A stretch of DNA of 26,694 nucleotides, from the IMG/VR virus record IMGVR_UViG_3300022917_000025, positions 1 through 26,694 of that record, one strand, 5' to 3'. Origin of the DNA: a virus (lineage: Duplodnaviria > Caudoviricetes). The stretch's first letter is position 1, and each line of letters opens with the position of its first letter. The notes under the pieces were generated by a model. That model saw nothing but the letters and a program-made list of their open reading frames with translations. It had not been told where the DNA came from and ran no database searches. Position numbers and translations under genes: made by a program. Of this stretch, positions 6,478-15,060 are shown in pieces.

Positions 6478-6755
6478 TTATGCTCCGCTGGCCGGTTCGG
6501 AGCGCGCACCACTGCGATACAGCCAATCTTTTCGCATTCTGGTCGATGCTCGTGAAGGTGGATGTCTTCCACGTACTCAAGCTCCGCAGGCGGTTCGACT
6601 GCGCGTCTGTCACGCAGCTCGTGTAACGCTCGTAGGGCTTTGGCATGATCGTCGTACATGACGCCGTGCCCACGCTCTAAGTTTGCGATCAGCCCATCGA
6701 GCGCGAACCCATCCGGACCGTCGTACTGTTTTGTCAGGGTGTTTCGATCAGTCAT
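6474..6755 (-). CDS. Hypothetical protein
   Basis: ATG 6755 overlaps upstream gene end; MTDRNTLTKQYDGPDG. Confidence 0.6.
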   Translation of the reverse strand: MTDRNTLTKQYDGPDGFALDGLIANLERGHGVMYDDHAKALRALHELRDRRAVEPPAELEYVEDIHLHEHRPECEKIGCIAVVRAPNRPAEHK

Positions 6756-7002
6756 GACTCTGTCCTGGTTGACCAGATAGTCCTCGACCGACTCGCTGCA
6801 CATGGCCGCAGTTGTGGCATGTGAACTCGCCGTTGCCGTTCGTATCCATCATGCCACTACCGTGCTCGTGCTTGCAGTGAGGATGCGGCCATCCGTCCCA
6901 TGCAAGGTCACAGACTAGGCAGCGCGGACCAGCGTTTATGCATCTGCCGCTTTTCAGGCGTTCTGTGCGAAAGCGGAAGTAAGCGAAGTCGATCCCTTTC
7001 AC
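6748..7002 (-). CDS. Small Cys-rich (zinc-binding) protein
   Basis: GTGA overlap; CLVC...CKHEH...CHNCGH. Confidence 0.55.
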   Translation of the reverse strand: MKGIDFAYFRFRTERLKSGRCINAGPRCLVCDLAWDGWPHPHCKHEHGSGMMDTNGNGEFTCHNCGHVQRVGRGLSGQPGQSHD

Positions 7003-7283
7003 GGTTGACGCTCTGTCGTGGGGAGTTGTTTCGGCGGTGGCGCTGGTAGCGGCATCCAATGCGTCGGCTCGGTATGCCAGCAGTTTGGAGGATCGTCATT
7101 CTCAACTGAGGTCTCGTACCATCCTTCGTGACCGTTCTCGGGCTCTTCCCATTCCTCGTTGATCAGATCCCACGAGTACCACTGCCCGCGCAGGGTTCGC
7201 CATTTCCCGGCTCTGTTGAAATGACCTAGAAGCAAAGTCCGGCCGTCCTTCGGCGCCGTCTCGATCGGTTGCCACTCACTCAT
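6999..7283 (-). CDS. DUF551-family phage protein
   Basis: Signature WQPIETAPKDG...PTHWMPLPAPP; GGGAG RBS. Confidence 0.88.
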   Translation of the reverse strand: MSEWQPIETAPKDGRTLLLGHFNRAGKWRTLRGQWYSWDLINEEWEEPENGHEGWYETSVENDDPPNCWHTEPTHWMPLPAPPPKQLPTTERQP

Positions 7284-7307
7284 GCTTCGCTCCCACGGTT
7301 AGATGTG

Positions 7308-7517
7308 TCAGCGAACGCATGAGGCACCGTGACTCTGAGCCCAACGTACGAACTCGAAGTTGACAGCTCGGAATACGGCTTCGGCCACGAAGCGGATCTG
7401 TTGGTCTGTGAGACCAGCCGCGTCCCCCACGAAACTCCGATCGATCTTGTCAGCTCTCGCCTTCATAAGATCGATGACCTCTGGGAATCGCGCCTCTTCA
7501 ATCAGGATGACTTTCAC
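7308..7517 (-). CDS. Hypothetical protein
   Basis: GTGA overlap; MKVILIEEARFPEVIDLMK. Confidence 0.65.
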   Translation of the reverse strand: MKVILIEEARFPEVIDLMKARADKIDRSFVGDAAGLTDQQIRFVAEAVFRAVNFEFVRWAQSHGASCVR

Positions 7518-7777
7518 TTCTGACTTCCTTCTGCGCTGACAGTGGCTCGGTGCTCGCCGCGTGGATAGCCGCATTCAAGGCAGTAGCGGCTTTTCGGGTC
7601 CACCACGAAGGCCTTGCACGCGAGGTCGAGGAAATCGTCGTCCACGAACTCGATCGACGGGTTCTTGACGCCGCCCCTCGCCAGCCGATCAAGAAGTTCG
7701 GCTACGCGCGGATCGCCGAGCTCCGCCTCGCCAATGAATGCTTCTCCGCCGCTCCACTTCACGATGCAGTCAGTCAC
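7514..7777 (-). CDS. Hypothetical protein with C-terminal Cys/His motif
   Basis: GTGA overlap, GGAGG RBS; CKAF...YCLECGYPRGEH. Confidence 0.65.
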   Translation of the reverse strand: MTDCIVKWSGGEAFIGEAELGDPRVAELLDRLARGGVKNPSIEFVDDDFLDLACKAFVVDPKSRYCLECGYPRGEHRATVSAEGSQK

Positions 7778-7959
7778 GTAGCTGATCCTCCATTGCCACC
7801 GAGTGCACCGAACGCCTTGCGAAGGCGAGCCGCTTCCGTGAGCCGTCGTGACCAAACCGTCTGCGCCCAGTCACTCGGCTCAGGGAATGTGGAGAGCCAA
7901 CGAGGCGCACGTTCCAGGCGCTCGATAGCTTCACGTCGTTTCTGTTCTTTGGACTTCAT
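7774..7959 (-). CDS. Hypothetical protein
   Basis: ATGA overlap; MKSKEQKRREAIERLER. Confidence 0.6.
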   Translation of the reverse strand: MKSKEQKRREAIERLERAPRWLSTFPEPSDWAQTVWSRRLTEAARLRKAFGALGGNGGSAT

Positions 7960-8183
7960 GGCTCGCTCACAGCGGAGCCAAACTGGATCAGGCAGTCAGG
8001 ACACTCCATCACCGCGGCCTCGTTCCAGTAATGCGCCTTGCACTTCGGGCACGACTTCACGCCCGGATCAGCCCACATCGCCGCTCTCCAATTGATCTCG
8101 CCATCCGGCCGAACAACATTATCGAGGGCGTCCTTGTTGAACGCGTCTTCATAGGCGCCTGAGATGATCCGGGCATGCTTCAT
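7956..8183 (-). CDS. Zinc-ribbon protein
   Basis: ATGA overlap; CPKC...CPDC. Confidence 0.65.
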   Translation of the reverse strand: MKHARIISGAYEDAFNKDALDNVVRPDGEINWRAAMWADPGVKSCPKCKAHYWNEAAVMECPDCLIQFGSAVSEP

Positions 8184-8395
8184 GGCCGCTGGTTCACTGC
8201 AGGCGTCTTTATCTGTACGTCGTGCTGCAGCCAAAGGATTGCAGTGTCGGTTTCGGTGAGCGCCACGCTTAGCTCGCGACTGCCGCGTTTCGAATCGTCA
8301 CGAGCGGCGATCATCGATGCTCGCGCCTGACGTAGATACCCGAGTGCTGCATGCTCAAACGTGGTGGCCGGGCCGTCGGTCGTTTCGATTGTCAT
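8180..8395 (-). CDS. Candidate Acb2/Tad1-like helical-hairpin protein (possible anti-defence nucleotide sponge)
   Basis: AGGAG RBS; SRELSVALTETDTAILWLQH resembles the RExSxAxTxxExAxxW helix of the Acb2/Tad1 fold (recalled consensus). Confidence 0.55.
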   Translation of the reverse strand: MTIETTDGPATTFEHAALGYLRQARASMIAARDDSKRGSRELSVALTETDTAILWLQHDVQIKTPAVNQRP

Positions 8396-8423
8396 CGTCA
8401 ATCTCCTGTGTTGAAAAGTGAGG

Positions 8424-8633
8424 TCAAGGCCTTGTGGCTTGTTTCGGTTTGAACAGTTGCCCGCGCTCGCACGTTAGGAGGCGCATCGTTGCGCATGGCA
8501 GTGGCGAGCCGTCCACGTCGTCGAGGCAGTTGGGGTGCGAGCATCGTTCTGCCCATATGCCAAGCGAAAATCGCTTCCATAGGCTCGGCTTCACGTAGTA
8601 GATACAGTCGATGCAGGCGGGCCCAGCCATCAC
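8424..8633 (-). CDS. Cys-rich hypothetical protein
   Basis: CIDCIYY...CSHP...CATMR..CE.GQLFKPK; GTGA overlap. Confidence 0.65.
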   Translation of the reverse strand: MMAGPACIDCIYYVKPSLWKRFSLGIWAERCSHPNCLDDVDGSPLPCATMRLLTCERGQLFKPKQATRP

Positions 8634-8992
8634 TTCCCCTCCGCTGGCACATCGGGAACAGGTCCACGCAGGCGAGCGATGTCACCAGCGAGGTTGTGCT
8701 TCTCCTGAAAGTACGACCCCGCGTAGCCGCCCCAGTGCTGGACGGTTTCCACGGCGTCGGCTCGCAGCTCGGCGTTCTCGCGCTCCAGGCGCTCGATCAA
8801 CTCGGCAGCCTGCCCAAACCGGAACGCCAGATGCGGCAAGACATGCTGCTGCCAGCGCTGCAAAAAGTGGCGCTGCTGCTCTTCGCTGTCGAGCTTGTAG
8901 AACTCCAGGCAGGCCGCTTTGCGCTCGCGTAGCCACGCAGCCATGCCGGCGGGGTCGTGTACGTCAACCTCAGTGGCCTGCGGAACATTCAT
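8630..8992 (-). CDS. Hypothetical protein with AAELIERLE helix
   Basis: GGAGG RBS; ATGA overlap. Confidence 0.75.
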   Translation of the reverse strand: MNVPQATEVDVHDPAGMAAWLRERKAACLEFYKLDSEEQQRHFLQRWQQHVLPHLAFRFGQAAELIERLERENAELRADAVETVQHWGGYAGSYFQEKHNLAGDIARLRGPVPDVPAEGK

Positions 8993-9297
8993 CGCAGATC
9001 CTCCGGCTTGATTCCCAGCTTCGCGAGGTAACCCTCAGCCAAGGCGCCATTCTCACGATCGCGCACGGCCAGCGTTTCCTTGAGCCGGTTGATCTCGCGA
9101 CGCTGACCGTCGATCTGCCGGAGGAGGCTGTTGAGGTACTGCTGCACATCGATACCATCGCCAGCGATCTTCTCAACCTCTTGCCGGGAGAGAACGCGCA
9201 TGTACTCAACGGCTTGGATCGTCTTCGGCCTTTCGCGGAAGACCTCGCCACCGTAGGTAATCCATACGTGCTCATCGGTGCGGAGCGGGTCGTTCAT
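8989..9297 (-). CDS. Hypothetical coiled-coil protein
   Basis: GGAGA RBS; ATGA overlap. Confidence 0.7.
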   Translation of the reverse strand: MNDPLRTDEHVWITYGGEVFRERPKTIQAVEYMRVLSRQEVEKIAGDGIDVQQYLNSLLRQIDGQRREINRLKETLAVRDRENGALAEGYLAKLGIKPEDLR

Positions 9298-9503
9298 TTG
9301 CGATCGATCTCCCGATAAAACCGCGAACAGTCGTCGCATTCGCATTTGCGGCAATGGCCGTCTGCGACACGAGCCGCTAGGCGCTCGATCTCATCGTATT
9401 GCCACGTAACCAGAGCAGCGGTGAACGCCTGATGGTCCGCGTAGTCCTCGGCATTGGGGCGCTCAAGAGAACGAGCTGCGCTGATGTGCACCACTGAGGT
9501 CAT
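9294..9503 (-). CDS. Hypothetical protein, C-terminal CxxCxCxxC
   Basis: ATGA overlap; YDEIERL...CRKCECDDC. Confidence 0.65.
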   Translation of the reverse strand: MTSVVHISAARSLERPNAEDYADHQAFTAALVTWQYDEIERLAARVADGHCRKCECDDCSRFYREIDRK

Positions 9504-9877
9504 GACAGGTGACCCTGCCATGAATCGCATTTCTTATTGGGGTGACGATCCTTCGTCTTGCCGCAGTTGGCGCATGTGATCCTTACGAAATCGAAGCTCG
9601 ACTCCATCTGGGCAACATTCGCTCCGCTACCCATTGGCGGCGGTGTGATGAGTCGATGCAGATTGTCCGCGAGGTTATCGCGCTCGTTCCGGAGTAGATA
9701 TACCTCCCTTCGTAGCCGTTCAATCTCGTCCGCTGCCCAGCGATATGCGGCCGCGTCATCTGCATGCGCTCGGTAATTTCCGTCGCGCTTGTCGTCGGGC
9801 CATGTGGTCAGCATCCGCTCTATATCGGCCGCAGTATCACGAAGACGCTCCAGATAATTAACGCTGGTCTCGCTCAT
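9500..9877 (-). CDS. Hypothetical protein with AADEIERLR helix and C-terminal CxxC
   Basis: ATGA overlap; WAADEIERLRREV; CANCG..H...C. Confidence 0.7.
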   Translation of the reverse strand: MSETSVNYLERLRDTAADIERMLTTWPDDKRDGNYRAHADDAAAYRWAADEIERLRREVYLLRNERDNLADNLHRLITPPPMGSGANVAQMESSFDFVRITCANCGKTKDRHPNKKCDSWQGHLS

Positions 9878-10053
9878 GACGGCATTCCTTGCGGAGTAAG
9901 CCATTCGATGGCCCAGCGCCCGATGCGCAGCACGCGGCGATACCCGTAGCGCTCCGAGAAACCGACGCGTCGGTTGCTGTCGATCGACAGGCCGTAGCCG
10001 ACGATGCGGAAATAGAATCCGCTTTCGTGGCGTACCAAGAACGTGCGTTTCAT
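9874..10053 (-). CDS. Small basic hypothetical protein
   Basis: ATGA overlap; GFYFRIVGYGLSI...FSERYGYRR. Confidence 0.65.
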   Translation of the reverse strand: MKRTFLVRHESGFYFRIVGYGLSIDSNRRVGFSERYGYRRVLRIGRWAIEWLTPQGMPS

Positions 10054-10352
10054 GGTGCTACATCCGCTTCGGCCTTGTCGCACACGTCGATCAGGCCAGT
10101 GTTCAAGAGGAACGCCTGCGTGCGCGCCATGCCTTCGAGCAGGGCAGTGCGGCCGTCCATCCCGTGCGTGTCGCAATAGGAATGGCACGAGGAGCAGCCC
10201 CAGGCGCCAAGCAGGTCGTTTGCCTTCAGGCCCATGCCGGTGAGGCCGACCATGCGCAGGTGGCACAGGACGGTGGTCTCAGCGTCGCCGTTGCAGACGC
10301 CGGGCATGCGGATCATGCAGGGCCTACCACGTGCCAGTTTTCTGAGATTCAC
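10050..10352 (-). CDS. DUF1364 (YbcO-like) putative nuclease
   Basis: NLRKLARGRPCMIRMPGVCNGDAETTVLCHLR...GMGLKANDLLGAWGCSSCH signature. Confidence 0.88.
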   Translation of the reverse strand: MNLRKLARGRPCMIRMPGVCNGDAETTVLCHLRMVGLTGMGLKANDLLGAWGCSSCHSYCDTHGMDGRTALLEGMARTQAFLLNTGLIDVCDKAEADVAP

Positions 10353-10728
10353 CGATGTACTCCTGGCCGAAGCGTTCGCAGATCGCCTGCTCGAGGCGGG
10401 GCCAAAGGTCGGCCCATTCGTCCGCGGTGAGCTTGTCGAAGGCGATGCGCTTCGCAAAGCCGAACGGTTGCCCGTCCACCGTGAACGTCTCGTAGTGCCC
10501 CGCGAGGATGCGGAGCTCGTGATCGATGCTGTCCTCGTCGCGGGGCGGCTCTTGGTTCTCGCCGATGACGCGGCAGATGCCGAAGTACATCCGGTTCCAC
10601 TGAACGCTACGGGGCCGGATGATCTTCACTTGGGCGCACTCGCCTTCCTCCATCCGAACATGAACACGAGCGCATTCGTCGTCGGCTGGTAGAAAGCCGC
10701 GGCCCTTCTTGGTGAGCCATCCGCTCAC
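10324..10728 (-). CDS. DUF1367-family (NinB/YbcN-region) protein
   Basis: LPADDE...RPRSVQWNRMYF...LRILAGHYE...KRIAFDKLTADEWADLW; GGAGG RBS, GTGA overlap. Confidence 0.7.
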   Translation of the reverse strand: MSGWLTKKGRGFLPADDECARVHVRMEEGECAQVKIIRPRSVQWNRMYFGICRVIGENQEPPRDEDSIDHELRILAGHYETFTVDGQPFGFAKRIAFDKLTADEWADLWPRLEQAICERFGQEYIGESQKTGTW

Positions 10729-10913
10729 CTCCACGCCCTCCGCGCGAGCTGGGGATACACAGCAACTTTCGGGGGAGATTCGTACCCCAGCTCGCGCATC
10801 AGCGCCCGGCGCAGGCCGTTCAGTCGTCGGTGCCACCGACGCCCGCGCCAGATTGATCGTTTGTGCTCCTTCCGGTGGAGGCCGGCTGGAGTGAAGTCGC
10901 GACATGGGCTCAC
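10725..10913 (-). CDS. Small basic hypothetical protein
   Basis: GTGA overlaps at both ends. Confidence 0.5.
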   Translation of the reverse strand: MSPCRDFTPAGLHRKEHKRSIWRGRRWHRRLNGLRRALMRELGYESPPKVAVYPQLARRAWR

Positions 10914-11569
10914 GCGACGGCCCTCAGCTTGTTCACCTCATCAACTTCCTCGTCCACTTCGGCCAGGAAGCGACAGACCGCGATCTCGTATTCGCGGATC
11001 TCTTTTGGATCGCGCTCCAGCCGGACGCACAGGTACTGCAGATCCTCCGGAAAGCGATCATCGAAGCTGATGAAGTCGCACCAGTCGGCGCCGCTGACCC
11101 ATAGGTTGTGCAGGCACTGCCAGCGGTAGTCGTACGGGATCATCCGCGTACGCAGGTACTCGAAATGAGTCGCGCTCTCGGGGCACTTCGCCTCGACTAT
11201 GCCCACGATTCGCTGGCCCGGCATAACCGCGGAGTCCAGGGAGCAACCGGCCAGCACTTCGTTGTGTGAGAGGAATCCGACGCGTGTCAGGACCTCGCCG
11301 CTCATCGCTTCGTATCGGGCGAGCGCGATCGGCTCTCGTTCAACTCCGTGCTGGACGGCTGCCGTGGTGAACTCTCGTTCCTGTGGCCGTCCCGTGATTC
11401 GCTCCAGCGCCAGACGCATGCGCAGATGCTTACGGGCGGCCGTGAACTCCTTCGGCTTGGACTTCATGGTCCGCATGGCGTCGGCCGCCACGGAGCCTGT
11501 AAGGCGCCCGGCCCGGGCCGCCATCCATTCCGCTGACCGCTGCTCAAGGTCGAGGGCGGCATAGCTCAC
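10910..11569 (-). CDS. YqaJ/lambda-exonuclease family recombination nuclease
   Basis: EQRSAEWMAARAGRLTGS, HGVEREP.A...YE, GCSLDS, IVEAKCP, YRWQC, CDFISFDDRFP. Confidence 0.93.
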   Translation of the reverse strand: MSYAALDLEQRSAEWMAARAGRLTGSVAADAMRTMKSKPKEFTAARKHLRMRLALERITGRPQEREFTTAAVQHGVEREPIALARYEAMSGEVLTRVGFLSHNEVLAGCSLDSAVMPGQRIVGIVEAKCPESATHFEYLRTRMIPYDYRWQCLHNLWVSGADWCDFISFDDRFPEDLQYLCVRLERDPKEIREYEIAVCRFLAEVDEEVDEVNKLRAVA

Positions 11570-12318
11570 GGCGTGTTCTTCCGTGCGGTGTTCTTGCAGC
11601 CTTCCCACCAGTCGAGATCGTGGGTGGAGGCGTAGTTGCGGAACTCCTGCTTGGAGCCCTTCCACGCCTCCAGATGGCTGGGGTTGCCGTCCTGAGCCTT
11701 CGCGTTCATGTCCGCCTTCCAGCTCTCATACCCTTCGGGCGTCTTCGGGGCCTCGCGCTGGGGGCCGGCGCCGCGGCCGTCGTCGTCCATGTCCTTCGCT
11801 GCCAGGCCGCAGGCTGCCATTAGTGTGTAGCGCTGCAGGTACGTCACCGTCGAGGCAATCTGCTGAATGTTGTTCTTCTTTCCGCTGTCGTCTGGCGGAG
11901 CGAAGAGGGTGGTGCGCTCGCTATGCCCAGCCTCGTGCGTAACGATGCACGTCACCGTGATCAGGCTGTTCTCCTGCTTCGTCTCCCATGCGTGGGAGAG
12001 GCCGTGCTTCGACAGGGCACCCGCGACCCCGTCGACCACATCCGCCAGGGTCGCGTGCTTGAACTTCGCGCCGCCAGGGATGTTCACGTCCTTGGTTTTC
12101 AGGATCTCCAGCGGCTCACCCTTGAAGGCGGCCATGGCCGACACGTAGGCCTTGCGTGCTTCGCCAGCCTCCCATTGCCGCTGGAGCTGCATCAGGCGCT
12201 CCAAGCGGTCCAGATCCGCGCCCTGGTTCATTGCCATCTGCAGGAGCTGCATTGGGGTCACAGCAACCTGATCAGGCACGCCGGGCAACGTCTGCTGCCG
12301 TTCAATCACTGCACTCAT
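11566..12318 (-). CDS. erf: ERF-family ssDNA annealing protein
   Basis: FKHATLADVVD...LSKHGLS...HEAGH...GKKNNIQQIASTVTYLQRYTLMAACGLA..DDDG. Confidence 0.93.
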   Translation of the reverse strand: MSAVIERQQTLPGVPDQVAVTPMQLLQMAMNQGADLDRLERLMQLQRQWEAGEARKAYVSAMAAFKGEPLEILKTKDVNIPGGAKFKHATLADVVDGVAGALSKHGLSHAWETKQENSLITVTCIVTHEAGHSERTTLFAPPDDSGKKNNIQQIASTVTYLQRYTLMAACGLAAKDMDDDGRGAGPQREAPKTPEGYESWKADMNAKAQDGNPSHLEAWKGSKQEFRNYASTHDLDWWEGCKNTARKNTP

Positions 12319-12509
12319 GAAGCTCTCCGAATCCAGCGCGTCAGCAGTCGCTGCCAGCGCGCTTTCAGATGGTGATCACGTAGGTCGGTCGCCAAGTTCG
12401 TGATCGGCCGCAGGATGACCGAGCGGGGTTTGGGGTCGTGGACGATGCCGAGGAAGCCGATCATTACGGCTCCTTCGCGATCGTGTATCCAGGGGGAGGG
12501 GTGCGACAT
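12315..12509 (-). CDS. Hypothetical protein
   Basis: Stop overlaps ERF ATG; start uncertain. Confidence 0.45.
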   Translation of the reverse strand: MSHPSPWIHDREGAVMIGFLGIVHDPKPRSVILRPITNLATDLRDHHLKARWQRLLTRWIRRAS

Positions 12510-13282
12510 TCTGTTTTCGGATGTCGCGGAGGTCCAGGGATCAGCGACAACAGCGTGCCCCGATCACGATGAGCAGCGTCCGCGTCCTCTGGCCCGAGCA
12601 TCATTCCGGGGAGCGCGGCAGGACCCCAAAGCAGCTTCGAGCACCGGTCGTGTCGCTCGAAGATCTCGCGCACCTTCGGTGTATCGCGGGTGACCGCTGA
12701 CGTCTCGCTAGCCGCGGGGGCTTTCACTTGTCGCGCTGAGTGGATTGCCTCATCCCAAGTACGGACGTTGTCCAGTGACAGGCCGGTCCACTCGAAATCT
12801 TCGAGGAAGCTGATCACTTCCTGGCACTGCTCATTCGTAAGGCGACTCGATGTCGTCTCGCCAGTGAGCGATCGTTCCAGCGTGGCTATCTGCGTGCGCA
12901 GGCGCGCGACAACGCTGGAGAGGTTGCACACGCAGTGCGGCTGTTCTTTGTAGTGGCGCGAAACGTACTCATCCAGCTCGGTGAGCAGATACGAGAGGTT
13001 CTGTTTTGAGGCCTGCGGAGCAGGCGCGCGCGGCGACGGGATCTCAGCGAACCAGCAGTTGCTTAGGCGCTCGACGGTCGGCCAGCAATCGCGCGTCTGC
13101 ATGCAGATGAACTCATCGTTGACGCCGTAGCCGACGACCGTGCGCCAGCCGTATGCGCGGTGCTGGTCGCTCTCAACGTCGCAGTTAGCGCCTGAGACGA
13201 GGCACTTGCTCCCGACGGCTGGCATCGGATCGCCGGCCTCATATGGCCGCTTTGCCAATCGTCCTACAACGTCGTCACTCAC
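12464..13282 (-). CDS. Mosaic multi-module hypothetical protein
   Basis: GGAGG RBS, GTGA overlap; short domains separated by linkers PRAPAPQASK, LTGETTSSR, AASETSAV. Confidence 0.7.
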   Translation of the reverse strand: MSDDVVGRLAKRPYEAGDPMPAVGSKCLVSGANCDVESDQHRAYGWRTVVGYGVNDEFICMQTRDCWPTVERLSNCWFAEIPSPRAPAPQASKQNLSYLLTELDEYVSRHYKEQPHCVCNLSSVVARLRTQIATLERSLTGETTSSRLTNEQCQEVISFLEDFEWTGLSLDNVRTWDEAIHSARQVKAPAASETSAVTRDTPKVREIFERHDRCSKLLWGPAALPGMMLGPEDADAAHRDRGTLLSLIPGPPRHPKTECRTPPPGYTIAKEP

Positions 13283-13653
13283 TTCGAATCCTCCGAAACA
13301 CGTAGTGCGGTGATGTGTTGGCGCAGCTTTTCGAGGCAATACATCGTCTCTTCCCGCTTGAGCTGCAGGTACTGCCAGTTGCCGCCGTTATCCATCTCAC
13401 GCTTGAGCCATTCGACACGCTCGATGAGCCATGCCGCGTGGCGGGTGACGCCAGCGCGCTCCACGTTCGCCGCCTCAACGAGGACAGCGGCGCGCTCCAT
13501 GCGATCAAGATCTCCCTCGTGCTCCTGAACCAATCGCTTCGCCATCTCGGCGGAGATCGTGAGGAACCGCGACTCAGGGTTGTTCGTCACGTACGCGACA
13601 AACTCGTCCCACGCGTGTGCCATCTCTTCATTGGGGATGTTGTGGGCGCTCAC
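13279..13653 (-). CDS. Hypothetical protein
   Basis: GTGA overlaps; helical. Confidence 0.7.
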   Translation of the reverse strand: MSAHNIPNEEMAHAWDEFVAYVTNNPESRFLTISAEMAKRLVQEHEGDLDRMERAAVLVEAANVERAGVTRHAAWLIERVEWLKREMDNGGNWQYLQLKREETMYCLEKLRQHITALRVSEDSK

Positions 13654-13889
13654 GTGTAGCCCTTCTCAAGGCAGACTTTGCACGTCGGGTCGCAGCCACA
13701 GCCGGTGTGCGCATCGAGCAGCATCTTTTCTCGTGCGCGCAGGCGCTCGATCTCTTTTGCTGCGTCGTGCATGACCTTGCCGACCATGTAGAACTCGTCC
13801 TTCGCGTATTTGAACTTCGCGGTCACGCGCAGGAACCGAAGCTGCTCAGTGATATCCACTACATCCTCGTCAGTCAGTACTTCAGCCAC
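13650..13889 (-). CDS. Hypothetical protein with AAKEIERLR helix and Cys-rich end
   Basis: HDAAKEIERLRAREK...HTGCGCDPTCKVC. Confidence 0.7.
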   Translation of the reverse strand: MAEVLTDEDVVDITEQLRFLRVTAKFKYAKDEFYMVGKVMHDAAKEIERLRAREKMLLDAHTGCGCDPTCKVCLEKGYT

Positions 13890-14121
13890 GACGCTTCACC
13901 TGCTCATTGAGGGCCCGTGCCAACGCGGTTGCGACACTCACCAAAGCCGCGCGCTTCACCTTGTGTTCCGCGTCGAGCAGCTGGATGTGGTCGCCGAGTT
14001 CACGGTCAGTTAGCTCGCTGAGCAGCTGGCCGGCGACGGCTTCGTTCACCTGGTCAACGGGGCGGATCGGCACAACCTTTCCGGCTGGCGTCCACATCTC
14101 TCGTGCAGTTCGGTAGTGCAT
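13882..14121 (-). CDS. Hypothetical protein
   Basis: GGAGG RBS; ATG abuts upstream stop. Confidence 0.65.
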   Translation of the reverse strand: MHYRTAREMWTPAGKVVPIRPVDQVNEAVAGQLLSELTDRELGDHIQLLDAEHKVKRAALVSVATALARALNEQVKRRG

Positions 14122-14373
14122 TTAGCCCTCCTGCTTCCAAAGCGGGCTCGAACTTCGCGGGCCCGTTGGAGATTTGTCGAACTTGGTCAGCTCGTACTCG
14201 TGCTGATTCAGGCAGAAATAATGGAAGTCCCTGTCGTCGTGCTCGCCCGCGTTCCACCACTGAAGCAGCGCGGCGCTGTTCATGACGAGCCAGTCCTCAC
14301 GGCTGCGCACGTACGAGTTGTCGTATACGGGCCGTGTAACGGCAAACGGCACGGGCTCTAATCTCGCGTTCAC
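14122..14373 (-). CDS. Hypothetical protein
   Basis: GGAGG RBS; GTGA overlap. Confidence 0.65.
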   Translation of the reverse strand: MNARLEPVPFAVTRPVYDNSYVRSREDWLVMNSAALLQWWNAGEHDDRDFHYFCLNQHEYELTKFDKSPTGPRSSSPLWKQEG

Positions 14374-14510
14374 GAGAACCAGTCCTCCACGGCCTGCTGG
14401 ATCACCTCAGCCAGATCCCACACGTCATCTTCGTCATGCGGCTCGTCCTGCAGGAAGTGCTCGGCGAGCTCGAATGACTTCTCATCGACCAGCGGGCGCT
14501 TAACCGGCAT
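14370..14510 (-). CDS. 46-aa acidic protein (absent from ORF track)
   Basis: GAGGAG RBS; MPVKRPLVDEKSFELAEHFLQDEPHDEDDVWDLAEVIQQAVEDWFS*; fills the operon gap exactly. Confidence 0.7.
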   Translation of the reverse strand: MPVKRPLVDEKSFELAEHFLQDEPHDEDDVWDLAEVIQQAVEDWFS

Positions 14511-15060
14511 TGCTGCGCTCCTCATCCGCCTGCGGGTCTTTCATGAAGACTGCCCAGTGAGTTGTTTTGCTGGTGTGGTGCCCAAACAGGGGCCGCATCG
14601 GCGCGAGAGCCAGGATCTGCGCCGACTTGAACTGTGACTCGCCCCACTTGAACACCAGCACGCCATTCGGCTTCAGGACGCGCAGGCACTCCGCGAAGCC
14701 ATCGCGCAGCATCAGTCGCCAGTCACCGTTCAGAACGCCGTAGCGGCGCGTAACAGCGCCCAGAGCCTCGTTGCGCTGGACGTGCGGAGGATCGAAGACG
14801 ACGAGCGAGAAGGACTCATCGGCGAACGGCAACGCCGTGAAGTCGGCGACGACATCCGGCTCGATGACGATTGGGCTGCGGCCGACGGTGCCAGGCGTCC
14901 CGACATCCACATCGAGAGACACTCGACGGTTATCGAGGAATAGAGCTCGGCCATCGGTGCGGTCGAACCACATCGAGCGCGTTCCACAGCAGGCGTCGAG
15001 CACGGCTGGGAAAAGCTCGAGTGACGTGCTGGCTTCTACCCTGTGATCGGGGGCGCTCAT
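14500..15060 (-). CDS. SAM-dependent methyltransferase (probable DNA amino-methyltransferase)
   Basis: Motif I VLDACCGTRSMWF; DFTALPFADESFSLVVFDPPH catalytic DPPH; ECLRVLKPNGVLVFKW. Confidence 0.9.
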   Translation of the reverse strand: MSAPDHRVEASTSLELFPAVLDACCGTRSMWFDRTDGRALFLDNRRVSLDVDVGTPGTVGRSPIVIEPDVVADFTALPFADESFSLVVFDPPHVQRNEALGAVTRRYGVLNGDWRLMLRDGFAECLRVLKPNGVLVFKWGESQFKSAQILALAPMRPLFGHHTSKTTHWAVFMKDPQADEERSNAG

